DNA of 64,000 bases from positions 61,092 to 125,091 of the forward strand of contig CAVXYC010000025.1 in the NCBI GenBank assembly GCA_963765765.1, in the 5' to 3' direction. The notes under the pieces were generated by a model. The model saw nothing but the letters and a program-made list of their open reading frames with translations. It had not been told where the DNA came from and did not search any database. The first letter of the stretch is position 1; the number at the start of each line of letters is the position of its first letter. Of this stretch, positions 8,998-20,903 are shown piece by piece. The position numbers and the translations under genes are program-made. The stretch comes from an uncultured Chloroflexia bacterium (GTDB taxonomy: Bacteria; Chloroflexota; UBA6077; JACCZL01).

Positions 8998-10421
8998 GGG
9001 TGACCTCCTAGTCGGTTCGGTGGCAGCGTGGTCGCCTCGCGTCGCCCCGCCGTCGTCGGCACCCAGCCGGGATTCGCCTCGTGGCGGGCGTCTCTGGCGC
9101 GCGATGCTTGATGCAGGGCTGCCGAAATGGTCAGCGTGATGCCACGGACATTATGACCCTCAGCGTCCCGGCAGAAGAAGCCCCATGTGGGTGTGGCACC
9201 CGGAGACGCCGCCGCGGCGACCCGGATGCAGGGATGACCGATGATGAAGCTACAACACCCTGTAACAGGAGCCAGCTGGCAGGCGGGCCACGGTCCAATC
9301 CGCGAGAAAGTGTCGCCGTGCTGCTGGTCCACATCGCACTGCTGAGTGATGGCGTCGCCTGCACGAGCTTGTGTGAGACGCACCGCCTCCAGTAACACTC
9401 ACAGCGCTCGAGAAAGCACTCCATCGGCTCGTTGAAGTTCTGGACGTAGGTGGTCGGACATGCGGAGTCGGTCGGCGTTCGCCACCAGGTCGATGCTCGA
9501 CCGGAGCCGGCCTGCTCACGTAACGGAGGCAGTGGAGGAATGCGGGCAATGATCTCATTGGCGATAGCGTCATAGTCCATACCAGGAGATCGACTGACGC
9601 CAGCATCCCCGCCGCGGAACGCCTCCAGGTCTTAGGACACCATCCCGTCCCGCCTCACGCGAGGTGTATGCTGCGGCACACTGCGGGCCGCAAACTCGGT
9701 CCACCAAGGGGAGGCGGGGTTGTGGTGATACAAGGACAGATAGCCGCGCTGGTCGCGGGAGCTCTGGCCCTAGGGTACGTCGTCGATACCAGTTTCTTTC
9801 CGAGTATCGGTGCCGTGAATCCGGCGCGCTCGGCGATGGCGAACGCGATCCGAGTCGGCGAGCACCTGGAGCAGCGGCTTTAGTAAGCAGGCGCGGCGAG
9901 CTTGTGAACCCATGGGCAATCAACGCGAGATTGCTACCGTCTACGTAGCCAGCACGATGCAGGGGTGGCGCTCGTCACCTTTCCGGCGGTGAGCGCAATC
10001 CTGGTTGCGAACCTGGTATCGATGGTCGTGTTGATAGTGAGCCAGTTGTTGATCGCCAATCAGCCGCTGGCGTACGTCATGTTGGCGTGGCGATGTCGGA
10101 TGATGTCGGCCACCAGACTCGCCCAGCCCGACTGACATATCGCCGAGGCCGCGCGGTTGTCGTCATGTAGTCTGCGGTTGTCGTCATCATGTAGTCATTG
10201 AGGAGCAGCGTCGAATACCTACCACTCTTAGGCGCCCGCGCCGTGGTTAGCCCAAGCTCCGGCGAGGCCGAAGATCCTCCTTCAAATCGGGTCGTGACCG
10301 TTTCAGAGTGTCAGTTGGGGCACTGCCGCTGCCAGACGTCTCAGAAGCTCGCTAGACCGTCCGTGCCTCAGCGGCACGCCCCGCCGCCGCGTGATTTAGT
10401 CTCTCGAGCTTGCCGAAGTTG

Positions 10422-11864
10422 TCAACGCGCTGACGCTCGGTGCTCATCTGTTGTGTTTGCATCGCGTGTCGGCCTATCCATGTCCGAACGCGACACCGCC
10501 GGTGTATCGATGTAGCGCGACCCCGTCCTGCCCAGGAGCAAGCCAAACAACCACTGCACGCACAGCAGTAGCTGACTCTCGGCACGACCGAGGTAGAGCA
10601 CGTGGATGAAGGCCCACCCAGCTTTGCCAATCAGTCCACCAGCCTTGAATCGACCTTTCTCCATGATCGCGTAGTTCGACGAAATCGTGGCCATGTTGCC
10701 TTTGTCGAAATAGTCGAATGGGGCAGGCGGCGGTTGACGCATGACGCGTGCACGGATCGAGTGCGCGGCATGTTTGCCGCTTTGCAGCGCCACCTGCGCC
10801 ACGCCCGGCAAGACCGTGCCATCGTTCTCGATATGCGCGGTGTCACCGACGACAAAGATCTCGGGATAGCCGGCGACAGAAAGGTGTGGCCCAACGACAA
10901 CCCGTCCCGCGCGATCGGTTTCCACGCCGAGCCAGCGGCCCGCCGGTGACGCGGCAACGCCCGCGGTCCACAGGACCGTGCGGGTGCGTACGCGTTGGCC
11001 GGCGATGACGACACCCTCCTCGTCCACCAGCTCGACAGCCTGGCCGACCCGAACGTCGACGCCCAGGTCGCGGAGTTTGTTGACGGCCCCGTCGGCGAGA
11101 TCCTCCGAAAACGTGGCCAACGCGCGCGGTCCGGCCTCGACCAGGATGATGCGCGCATGGCGCGGATCTATGTGCCGATACTCTCGGGAAAGCACCCGAC
11201 GAAAGTGCATTGCGAGCGCACCTGCGAGCTCACAACCGGTCGGCCCTGCGCCCACTAGCACAAATGTGAGCAGCTCCTCGCGGATCTCCGGATCATCTTC
11301 CTGGTCGGCCTGCTCGAAGGCGCCGATGATCCGCCGCCGAATCATTTCGGCGTCTGCCAACGTCTTCATGCTCGGCGCCAATGGTGCCCAGTCGTCGTGC
11401 CCGAAGTAGCTGCCACGCACGCCCATGGCGAGGATCAGGTAGTCATACAAAATCGGCTCCACACCGCCCGACAACTGCACGAGCTTGCGGTCCTTCTCGA
11501 CGCCCGTGACCTCGGCCATCCGCACGTCGACATTCTTCTGACGACGGAACAACGAGCGGATAGGAGTGGCGATCGTACCTGGCTCGAGGATGCCGGCTGC
11601 CACCTGATACAGCAGTGGCTGGAAGAGATGGTAATTCGTCCGATCGATGAGTGTGACACGAACCGGTGCGCTCCGTAGCGCTTTGGCGGCTGCAACTCCA
11701 CCAAAGCCGCCACCCACGATGACGACATGCGGTGGTATGAGTGAGTCTGCGCGCGATCCATTCTGACTGATCTGGACTTCCAGCGGATTCACGTCCGGAC
11801 TTGCGGCGATAGGGCAAGCCGTACCAACACCATGCCGATAACCACTCCGAGTAACGCCGCGCAT
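10422..11864 (-). CDS. ndh: Type II NADH:quinone oxidoreductase (NDH-2)
   Basis: VVIVGGGFGG, HLFQPLLYQVA, VLVGAGPTGCELAG, WTAGV, VGDTA, PGVAQVA, YFDKGNMAT. ATG 11864 with RBS GGAGGTG. Confidence 0.92.
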   Translation of the reverse strand: MRGVTRSGYRHGVGTACPIAASPDVNPLEVQISQNGSRADSLIPPHVVIVGGGFGGVAAAKALRSAPVRVTLIDRTNYHLFQPLLYQVAAGILEPGTIATPIRSLFRRQKNVDVRMAEVTGVEKDRKLVQLSGGVEPILYDYLILAMGVRGSYFGHDDWAPLAPSMKTLADAEMIRRRIIGAFEQADQEDDPEIREELLTFVLVGAGPTGCELAGALAMHFRRVLSREYRHIDPRHARIILVEAGPRALATFSEDLADGAVNKLRDLGVDVRVGQAVELVDEEGVVIAGQRVRTRTVLWTAGVAASPAGRWLGVETDRAGRVVVGPHLSVAGYPEIFVVGDTAHIENDGTVLPGVAQVALQSGKHAAHSIRARVMRQPPPAPFDYFDKGNMATISSNYAIMEKGRFKAGGLIGKAGWAFIHVLYLGRAESQLLLCVQWLFGLLLGRTGSRYIDTPAVSRSDMDRPTRDANTTDEHRASAR

Positions 11865-12131
11865 ACTGCTCACCTCCGATTGCGTTGAACGGTTGATGCA
11901 CCGTACGAGGCTCACTCAGAGCGAACTCCAAGAAGCCTGCCATCCCGACTGCTGGCGGCCCGTGCTGCGAGAGCAAAGGCGGGCCTCATTCCAGTCACGG
12001 CAACAAATGTCGCGATCTCGGTCGCTCAGGAGTGGCACAGAATCAGTTTCTCAATTCAATCCGCTGTGACGGGAGGTCAATCAACACCGAATGACGGTAC
12101 CGTCCGTCCACCCGTCTGGTGGCACCGCCAC
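11797..12131 (-). repeat. Copy 2 of the ~335-bp diverged direct repeat, upstream of and overlapping the ndh start
   Basis: Homologous to 6620-6956. Confidence 0.93.
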
Positions 12132-12615
12132 TGGCCCGGCGCGCCATAGCGTTCACAACGGGGGCGAGAATGGCCCTGTTCGGGCGGGGTGATATCAGAA
12201 CCCTGTGGGGAAGGCAGGCAGCGTGGGCTTGCGCTGGGATGCAGGGCGATCCCGGAAAGGAACCGTGGATGCACAATGAGCGTCTGGCTTAAGCGTGGTA
12301 CACCTGGCCTTCCGGGGCCAGGATGACCGCCTCCAGCAAAAGAGCGCCACGTTTGCTAGTCACGAGCGTAGGCGCTCTTTTGCTGCCCATACCCTGTACA
12401 AATACCTTGCGGGGCCAATCCACGCGCCATAACCGCAACCTGAGCCCGAAATAGATTCCGTGCTCGTATTTCACGTTCACATACGGGGCGGGCGGGCGAC
12501 CATCTATATGCAATTCTGGCAATCTTAATTTCGTGCGAAATACACTAGTGCCGGCTCGCTTTGTAGCCCGTGGAATTGACCCCGTCGTGGCGTTGGTAGT
12601 CATCCAGGGAGAAGC

Positions 12616-12816
12616 ATGAAATCAAGCGACCAGGAGCGTATTGAGAGCCTATTACGTGCGATAGTAAGCGAAGCCCTGAAGATCGCTGAGACCGCCCAAT
12701 CCGCGTTGGACGAGGCACAAGCAGGCCGTTTGGAAGAAGCCGGCGACGAGCTCAGTCTCGCGCACATTCTTGGGCGTCTCGAAGGGATCAGCATTGGCTC
12801 GGGTTCAGAGCATTAA
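12616..12816 (+). CDS. Small hypothetical helical protein
   Basis: 66-aa ORF with RBS AGGGGAG and amphipathic helices. Confidence 0.45.
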   Translation: MKSSDQERIESLLRAIVSEALKIAETAQSALDEAQAGRLEEAGDELSLAHILGRLEGISIGSGSEH

Positions 12817-13767
12817 TGCTTAGCTCGCTGAATTCGCCGGGGATTCTGCTTTGCCGAAATTGGCCTGAACATCGAGCATCGGGACGTCTCTCGGGCTTTC
12901 TCACGGCCGCTCGGCGCTGAGCTCGCCTGTCGTTGATGCCGAAGCTCCAGGGCGACGAGCCAGCGCAGCAAATTGCGCTCTAGCGAAACTTCACAGCATG
13001 ACGAGAAACGGACGTGGCGGTGCAGGGGTTTGTCCCAACACCCGCGGACAGCCAGAACCGGGTGGGACTAACCATCATACCTCGGCCGTACCGCACTCTT
13101 TGACCACCAGTGTCAGTGTCTTCTTGCGCGTCACAGCGGGCTCAAATCCACCAACAGAGCGTTTTACAGCGACGCGAAGGTTGGTTGGCCGATGATTCAA
13201 CAGCGAAGGGAGCACGCGCGCTCATCGCCACCCAGCCCTGGCCGTCCACGAGGCCGGGGCTACGCGGTTCTGGGGCTAGTCCTGATGGCCTGCGTTACCG
13301 CGTAGCTGTGGGCTTGGGCAGAGCGGTCTCGTCAGGCGAGGCGGTTGCAGGACGCGACTCGCGGACGTTCGGCAATATGCTGCCCGGGCGAATCGCGGAT
13401 GACATCCTCAAATGAGGAAGCGCAGGAAACGTTTCACCCTTCCGGACCTCGTCCGCAGTAGCTCGGGTGTGTCACGCTGATTGCTGAGAATGGCGACGAG
13501 TGCGTCAGCACCAAGGTCACTCTGCGCTCGCCCTCTCACCAGCCTCCCACTCCGGAATGGCGATGACCTCTCGGGGCCAGTGGTACATGCTCTCCCGGTG
13601 GTCGCACACGGACTGCCCCGTGCACGAATGGATATCGCTCCGCAGCCGCTAATGCCTCGGGGCCTGTTCGACGAGCTCTGCCATGGCCCGCAGTGGCAAC
13701 GACAGCCAGTGCGCTAAGACGGCTCTTCCTCGCCGCAACCTGTAGCGGCACCGCGGGGATCAGAAGG

Positions 13768-14820
13768 CTAGCCGCCCGCGCTTATCTCGAGAACGACTTT
13801 CACATCGTCGGGCCGACGTTCGAGAACCTCCGACCAATTTTCGATCGGAACTCGTCGGGTGATCAGGCATTTCAGCCACGCTGGATCTGCCCTGGCGAGA
13901 GCTCCCGCGGCCGCCTCATAGTGGGCCCGCGACGCGTTGACGCTGCCGAACAGCACCTTGTTGCTCAGCACCATGTGCTTGTTGAACGCGTTGAGGTCGA
14001 CCTCCAGTGCGGACGGGGCGGCCGAAATGCCAGTCAGCGCGATCACCGCGCCTGGCGCTGCTTTCGCCCCCGCCTCGCGAAGGACGGCGCCAACACCCGT
14101 GCACTCGATCACCGCATCAGGCGAAATCGGCAGATCGCGTGCAGAGCCGGCGTGGTAGTGGGCGCCCAACTCCCGGACGAGGTCCGGTTTTGGTCCGCTG
14201 TCGACGATGTCCACGACGTAGGTTTCGAGTCCAGCCTGCCTGGTGACCAGGGCGGCGAGCAGCCCTATCGGCCCTGCCCCGGTGATCAGAGCAGTCCTGG
14301 GGGGGACTCCCGACCGCCGAAGGATGTGCATGCCGTGCAGGCAGGCCTTTGCAACCACGGACATTGGCTCGAGCAATACACCGAGCTCTCCAAGGCGCGA
14401 ATCAACGCGCACTGCAAACTGGGGGTCGAGACGGTACTCCTCCCTGGCGTAGCCATCCTGTTGCTTGATGCCGCACTCGGTATACGTGCCGTTGCGGCAC
14501 ATGTCCCACTGGCCATCGGCACAATAATCGCAGGGTTCGGGATCCGGCCGCCGCACCACCCCTACCACCAGGTCGCCTGCGGCAAATCCACTGCCCGGTG
14601 GTGCCTCTGCCACCTCGCCCAGAGACTCGTGTCCTAGAACGAACCAATCTTTGCCTGGCGGCGCCTCGCCGTATCCGCCATCGATAATCTCGAGATCAGT
14701 GCCGCAGATGCCGATTGCACGGCCCTTCACGAGAAGGGCGCCTTCGGCTGGATCGGGTGGCGGTACGTCGATCAGCTCGGCGGAGTGTGGGACTCCTGGA
14801 TGGACGACAAGTGCTTTCAT
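13768..14820 (-). CDS. Zn-dependent glucose 1-dehydrogenase (MDR family)
   Basis: GICGTD, LGHESLG, VVRRPDPEPCDYC...DMC, LLEPMS, GAGPIG, VLFGSVNA. Confidence 0.9.
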   Translation of the reverse strand: MKALVVHPGVPHSAELIDVPPPDPAEGALLVKGRAIGICGTDLEIIDGGYGEAPPGKDWFVLGHESLGEVAEAPPGSGFAAGDLVVGVVRRPDPEPCDYCADGQWDMCRNGTYTECGIKQQDGYAREEYRLDPQFAVRVDSRLGELGVLLEPMSVVAKACLHGMHILRRSGVPPRTALITGAGPIGLLAALVTRQAGLETYVVDIVDSGPKPDLVRELGAHYHAGSARDLPISPDAVIECTGVGAVLREAGAKAAPGAVIALTGISAAPSALEVDLNAFNKHMVLSNKVLFGSVNASRAHYEAAAGALARADPAWLKCLITRRVPIENWSEVLERRPDDVKVVLEISAGG

Positions 14821-15039
14821 CATGACTCCGGACCAAACCGTGTTCGCGAGTTCTTGCTCGGGAGATCTCGTGAGCGCAACCGCTCACGGTGCGGTACTGT
14901 TGGCCAATAAGGTCCGACCCTCCCCGCCACAGCGACTATTACTGCTCCGCCGCGCGGCTGCCTCAAGGTGACACACCCGCTCGTCGCAGCATCAGGTCTG
15001 CTTGGGATCATGTCGTCTGCCCCGCGGTATGAACATTGC

Positions 15040-15945
15040 TTACGCCTGGGCCCACCAGGTTGGTTCGGGCCGGAACGGCGCGGCCGGTCTGCCTCGCGAG
15101 TTCGTGTCCATCCAGTAGACCAATCCGGCTGCCGGTTGGGCGCGACGCTGCTCGTGGCTCAATTCTTCAGTCGCCGTGGTGACGTATAGCCGGTCGAGCC
15201 GGTGCCCGGCGAACGCGCAGGACGTGCTTTGCTTGGCTGGGATCGGCAATGTCTGCCCCAGTGCACCATCAGCGGAATAGCGATTGATCCTTCCACCCCC
15301 GAAAATGGCCACCCATAGCTCGCCATCCGCATCGACGGTCAGACCATCCGGTGCGCCAACCTCCTCGGGCACCTCGATCAGCACTCGCGCGTTGGAGATC
15401 GTACCCCGATCGCCGTCGAAGGAGAATGCGTGAATGACCCGCGGGCCACTGTCAGCCAGGTACATCGTCCTGCCGTCGGGGCTCCAGCCCAGCCCGTTGG
15501 AAATTGTCAGGCCGTCAAGCATCAGCTCGGTCGATCCATTCCGATCGAATCGATACAACGCGCCTCCACCGACATGGTGATCGTCGGCCAACGTTCCCGC
15601 CCAGAACCGGCCGTGCGGATCACACGCGGCATCGTTCATCCGCGTCCCCGTGGGCGCGACCTCGCCGAGCGGACGCAGCGAGCCATCAGGTGACAGGTGG
15701 ACAAAGCCACGACCAGCGGCCAGGAGCCACCCTTCGTCACCCTGGATCGGCGCAATCGCGCCGACGGTCCCCGGGACGGTGTAGCTGCGGACAGACACCA
15801 GCTGACCGTCATCGGCGACGCGGTCGCGGAAGACGCGTCCGGCAACGATGTCCACCCGCAGCAATTCGTCGCGGCGAGCATCCCAGCGAGCCCCCTCGCC
15901 AAGCAGGTTCTGCTCGGTCGTACACGCGACAGCCTCGCCCATCAT
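15040..15945 (-). CDS. SMP-30/gluconolactonase/LRE family protein
   Basis: LGEGARWD, RMNDAACDPHGRFWAG, ISNGLGWSPDG, PDGLTVDADG, TSCAF, LYVTTA. Confidence 0.92.
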   Translation of the reverse strand: MMGEAVACTTEQNLLGEGARWDARRDELLRVDIVAGRVFRDRVADDGQLVSVRSYTVPGTVGAIAPIQGDEGWLLAAGRGFVHLSPDGSLRPLGEVAPTGTRMNDAACDPHGRFWAGTLADDHHVGGGALYRFDRNGSTELMLDGLTISNGLGWSPDGRTMYLADSGPRVIHAFSFDGDRGTISNARVLIEVPEEVGAPDGLTVDADGELWVAIFGGGRINRYSADGALGQTLPIPAKQSTSCAFAGHRLDRLYVTTATEELSHEQRRAQPAAGLVYWMDTNSRGRPAAPFRPEPTWWAQA

Positions 15946-16404
15946 CTGTCCCTCCGGTCTCGAGCCACTCTTCCCCACACTGTACATTGCGGCGAGAGCA
16001 CCATCGAATGGGCGCCGGGTTGCGCCGGCGGCACGAGCACCGTCACTCTCTTCGTGGGAGAGATGGGTCGGGGGCCCGCAGCACGGCCACCGTCAGAGGC
16101 GGGTGGCTGCTCCCTACAACCGAGGTGGACCTTGCTCATGAGCGCGCTCATGGCCTACTTCCGGCGCAACGACGCGTCGTTCAGGGAATCCAACGTTGTG
16201 TGAGGAGTGGGTTGGTAGCCGCGTGGGGGCATATGATTTGAACCGCTCGGCCATGGATGGGACCGCACCGCGGGAAGTTAGCCCGACCGGCACCGACGGC
16301 CAACGCGTTTGTCGAGTCCAGCACGTGTAATCGAGTCTCGAGTCATAGCATGAGTCCGAGCTGGGTTCGTCCACTCGCTGATCAGAACAGGGGGCAACAC
16401 CACC

Positions 16405-17833
16405 ATGCACGTCGCGGTTGTTGGCGCTGGGCCCGCCGGGGTTGTGGCGGCGTCACGCTCCGCCGAGCTGGGTGCGCAAACCACGCTGGTGACCCGCGGT
16501 GCATTCGGCGGCATGGCGGCCAACGATGGACCGGTACCCGTCCGAACCCTGGCTCACGCGGCTCGCCTGGCACGAGAGTCGCGCCAACTCGGGCTGTACG
16601 GCATACGCATCGGTGAATCTAAGCTCGACTACCCAGCACTTCTATCTCGGGTCCAGGAGGTCATCGCACAGGTGCGGACGCATGCGAGCCTGCGTCCCAA
16701 CCTCGAGCGGGCAGGCGTGACGATCCACGAACACGCGGGCACAGTTCGATTTGTTGACGCCAATACACTGGAGTGGGAGCACGGACCGCGAGTCGAAGCG
16801 GACCGAATCATCCTGTGCAGCGGCGGAACAAGTCGGCGGCTTTCGATCCCGGGCTTCGAGCACACGGGAACCCACAGCAACGCGTGGGGTCTGGCGGCGG
16901 TTCCAGCCTCGATTCTGGTTGTCGGCGCTGGGGCAACCGGCGCGCAGGTTGCATCCGTATTCAACGAGCTCGGTTCGCAGGTTCAACTGTTTGAAGCTGG
17001 ACCCCGAATTCTCATGACCGAAGACGAAGACGTCTCAGACGGTATGGCGGTGGCCTTTCGCGCTGCCGGAATTGCGGTGCACGAGGCATTCGGCAGCATC
17101 GATCGCTTTGAGAAGACGCCCGCCGGGGTACGCATGGTTTTCTCGAAGGATGGCGAGACCTCGGCCGCGGAGGCGGACGTTGTGGTGGTTGCCGTCGGAT
17201 GGCAGGCTGACACGGTGGGGCTCAACCTCGCCGCGGCTGGCGTGCAGACGACGCCTCGCGGCTATGTGGCGGTCGACCCTCACCTGCGCACCTCCGTTCC
17301 ACATATCTTCGCCGCGGGTGACATCACGGGTCGGATGATGCTCGTGCCCCACGCCATCCATGACGGTTATGCAGCCGCGACGAACGCGGTCCGAGGTCCG
17401 ATCGTTCGAGCTCGGCGACCAGACGAGCCCTGTCGGCAGCTTTACAGACCCGGAATACGCCCATGTCGGATTAACCGAGGTTCAGGCGCGCGAAGGACAC
17501 GACGTTATCGTAGCAACTGCCCGCTACGCCGACGCCGCGCGGCCGATTATCGACGGTCGTACCGTTGGTTTCTGCAAGCTGATCGTTGACCGACACACGC
17601 GGACGATCCTTGGGTGTCACATCGTCGGCGAGCGAGCAGTAGAACTGTCGCAGGTGGCGGCAGTGGCTGTCGCATCGGCAGCACGGATAGAAACCCTTGC
17701 GCGGATTCCGCTTTCATTCCCGACGTACACAAACGTTCTTGGGCGTGCGGTGGCGCTGGTCGCCAGACAATTGGACGAATCGGGCGTGTGGAACGCAAAC
17801 GATCTTGCCCAACCAGGGTTGGCATGGCAATAG
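16405..17833 (+). CDS. Pyridine nucleotide-disulfide oxidoreductase family protein (Lpd-like, no redox Cys pair), frameshift near 17405
   Basis: VVGAGPAG, GGMAANDGPVPVRTL, VGAGATG, IFAAGD; the dimerisation domain (FTDPEYAHVG...ILGCHIVG...SFPT) is in the next frame. Confidence 0.85.
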
Positions 17834-18230
17834 GAGCGGCTGGTAGATACCTGCTTTTTTGGCAGGTGGGGTTGACTCAGCGTTTCTCCGCTTCTGACTT
17901 GCCGTTCACCACTGGCACACGCGATTCGGGGTATGCGGGGCCGACGCTGGCTCCGCTGATTCTGACGCTGATGCGGGCACGATAGAGCGGCGCTGGTGGT
18001 GGCGGCCGCCCCGCTGCTATCGTTCCTCATGAACCCCAGGCGTCTGGGTGCACGGCGCTATGGCGGCCATTGCCGCCGTCGGCGCCGCGCGGCGAGGTGC
18101 CAGGAGTGAGAGTGCCGGCCGAACGATGAGGTGGCGGGCTGCTTGCGCGGTGATGGCCAGATGCCGGTCGCCCCGAGTAGTCACGTCGTGCGCCGCAGGC
18201 CAAACGGACGATGATGCGGGGATATGAGCG

Positions 18231-18605
18231 ATGAGCGGGTGGGACCACGTCGTGGCGCAGATAATCGATGTGGTGTCCGTCCTGATCGAGCTGCTGGCCG
18301 TGGCGGTCATCGTCGTGCCGCTCCTCGCCGGCCTCGTCTGGTTCCTCTACGTCCAGGCCGCGCGGCGCCTAACGCCCTCCCAAGCGTACTTGCAGTACAA
18401 GGCCCTGCTGGGCAAATGGCTCCTGCTGGGGCTGGAGATCCTGGTGGCGGCGGACGTCATCCGGACGGTGGCGCTGGAGGCAACGCTGGAGAACGTCGCC
18501 GCGCTCGGTCTGCTGGTGCTGGTGCGAACATTCCTGGGCTGGGCGATCATCGTGGAGATCGAGGGCCGTTGGCCCTGGCAGCCCGCGCGTGTACGCGGGG
18601 AGTAG
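18231..18605 (+). CDS. DUF1622 domain membrane protein
   Basis: LGKWLLLGLEILVAADVIRTV, LVRTFLGW..EIEGRWPW. Confidence 0.88.
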   Translation: MSGWDHVVAQIIDVVSVLIELLAVAVIVVPLLAGLVWFLYVQAARRLTPSQAYLQYKALLGKWLLLGLEILVAADVIRTVALEATLENVAALGLLVLVRTFLGWAIIVEIEGRWPWQPARVRGE

Positions 18606-18809
18606 CGCTCCTGGCTGCTCGTGCTCATCAGCCCCTCAATGCGCCTCGATCTTCGACGCCGGATGATTCGACGACGTGCTAAGACGATGAAGGGCTTGCG
18701 GCGTCAACGGACAGTGTGAGAGCGCCGAAGCTGGGGACAACGGGATCTGACTCTCGAGCTTCGGACTGATCAGTGGAAATGCAAACAGTCGGGCAGAGAG
18801 GAGACCGGG

Positions 18810-19300
18810 GTGCATGAAACTCGAGTTGATTCACTTAATTACCACCTCTGGACTGATGCGTTGCACGGGCGAGCTCTCGCAAGAGAGGCAGAGAACGCCT
18901 GGGATCGCGGAACCTATGTCCGCTGGACTGTCATCACAGCATGGACGGCCTTCGAGGTGGTATGTGGCGACGCGCTCAACGTGTCGGAGCGTCTGAGGGA
19001 ATGACTTTAGAAGGACGCTGGATGCTGCCGTGGCAGAATGCTGCTTGCCCCGGATCGATTGGGGGAAGGGAGTCTGGCAGCGGGCACTTGAGATCTACGA
19101 GTTGCGGAAGAAATATGTGCATGTACGTTCGTCCTCGATCAAGCAGCCTTACTGGCTTCTGCGACGGAAGCGGAACTGGCGATCCAAGTCATGCGCGAGG
19201 CGATTCGAGCGGTGTATGAACTTGCCGGTAATTCTCCACCACCCTGGGTCGAAGACGACTCTGACCGTGGCTGGCAGGGCGCCAGCCAGTTCGGTTGCAC
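18810..19300 (+). pseudogene. Frameshifted hypothetical protein
   Basis: Protein-like segments in three frames (HLWTDALHGR..RWTVITAWTAFE; IDWGKGVWQRALEIYELRKKYVH; MREAIRAVYELAG..PPWV). Confidence 0.4.
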
Positions 19301-19721
19301 GCGCGGTGGCGATCCGTATCTGGGAAGCCGTCTCAAGCGCTTATTAACCGAGATCGGATTGGCGCGGGTGGAAGGGATACCCGAGTTACTCTCAGACACT
19401 GAGTCCCAAGCGGCTCCTTTCTACCGTACAGGCGCAGCTGGACAATCCCGACATTTCGCCACTGCTGGCCGCGGAAGGCATCGTGACCGACGCTCAACGC
19501 ACCGAGATCCTACGGAAGTTCCAGATCTGGGCCGATGACGAAGGAATCAGTGGCGGCGGTAGCAGAATTCAAGGTTTGGGGCATCAAGCCGTGGAGCGCT
19601 TGACATATTCACCGTGGAGACCCTCGTCGGTCGACGCGGATCTCCACTTCCGACCCGCCACTGATTCATGGTTCTGATCCGATCAGGCCAGCTCGCTCAA
19701 GGGGATGTCGCAACGTCAGCA

Positions 19722-20761
19722 TCATGGCTCAAAGATGGCAAAGGCCTTGTTAGAGTTGAACGTGTAGGACTCCACATAGTCCACTAACCGGCTACTTTGC
19801 ACCAAGCTCGGTCATTGCTCCAGCCAAGCAGACCCAGTTGAGAAATTCCTGATGACCGGCTTCTTCAATGTCACTCAACGTCAAATCACGCCAGGCATGA
19901 AATTGGTTTGCTTTCAGCTCCGCCAGGCGGGCTTGATCGGCATCGACATCGGGATACAGCCACGCATTCTTGTCGGTTAGGAAAGCGTGCGACCAGCTTG
20001 CTGACGCAACGAGGTACAGCCCGGTAAGGACTATCCTTGAGGATCCGCGCCGTGGCTCGACCCAGCTCGAAGCAGCGCCGCGGGCTGGGTGACGGAGGGT
20101 CGGGCGGAGCACTGGGGTTGTCGAATCGAACAAATCCGTGATGGCTTATCACGCTCCGCCCATAACTGTTCATCGCCACCGGTATCACCGGATACTGAAA
20201 GCCCCGCCGGTCTACGTCGAGAAAGACGATCGAGTTGACGTGCGCATGTCCCAGCCCGCTTGGGAGACTTGGTTGGTAGGCGTAGGCCATGTCGAAGCCC
20301 TCATCAAGAAGGCCTGACACCAGCTCCATGGCGGCGTCGCGATGGCCCTTGACGATCAGCTCCGTGTTAGCCGGGACATCCCAGAGATTCGCTACTCCCT
20401 CGCCAAAACGCTCAAAGGGCCTGGTCAGCTCATCGAAGATGTACGTACAGAACGGTGGGATGATTGTTTCGCGAAAGTTCTCGTATTGATCATCGCCCCA
20501 AATAAGCACAACGTCGGGATTGAACCGGTCAAGCGCGGAGCGGAGCGTCCGGAAAGGCGGCCAGATGTCGCGACCGATGTTCCGCCTCGGCTGACGCGTT
20601 GTGCTCAACCTCGTCGCGCAGTGCCGCGGGCCAGGTGGCTGGGTCCTTTCGCTCCGCCGAGACGGAAGGATGTGCCAGCGTACGTCGAAAGAGACCGGGA
20701 AGGGGCGCCCCTGCCATCATGCCGGGTAGTGTGTCATGCCGAGACCCAGGATGTCTGCCAT
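19722..20761 (-). CDS. LigB-like (class III) extradiol ring-cleavage dioxygenase, several frameshifts
   Basis: MADILGLGMTHYP start, PDVVLIWGDDQYENF..IIPPFC, GLGHAH, ASASWSHAF, AGHQEFLNWVCLAGAM, ESYTFNSNKAF. Confidence 0.8.
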
Positions 20762-20903
20762 GGTCGGTCCTCCTGCGTCAGGGAGTGTGGCCCCATCCGC
20801 AGGGTGCCACGCGCCCCGCTTCTTGCGAGCACGGTACCGTTGTGGGCCGTACCTGTCAACAATGGAAACGAATGGCGTTACGCCGCTATAGGCACCTCGT
20901 CCA

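Noticed and set aside
12998-13100. Possible structured ncRNA (GTCCCA/TGGGAC pairing)
   Set aside because: Only short stems, single copy, and no recognisable family.
19300-19680. Methyltransferase C-terminal fragment (GGDPYLGSRLKRLL)
   Set aside because: Too short and broken to call with confidence.
20715-20725. Early TGA in the LigB-like gene as selenocysteine or readthrough
   Set aside because: The downstream sequence continues in another frame, so a one-base deletion explains it.
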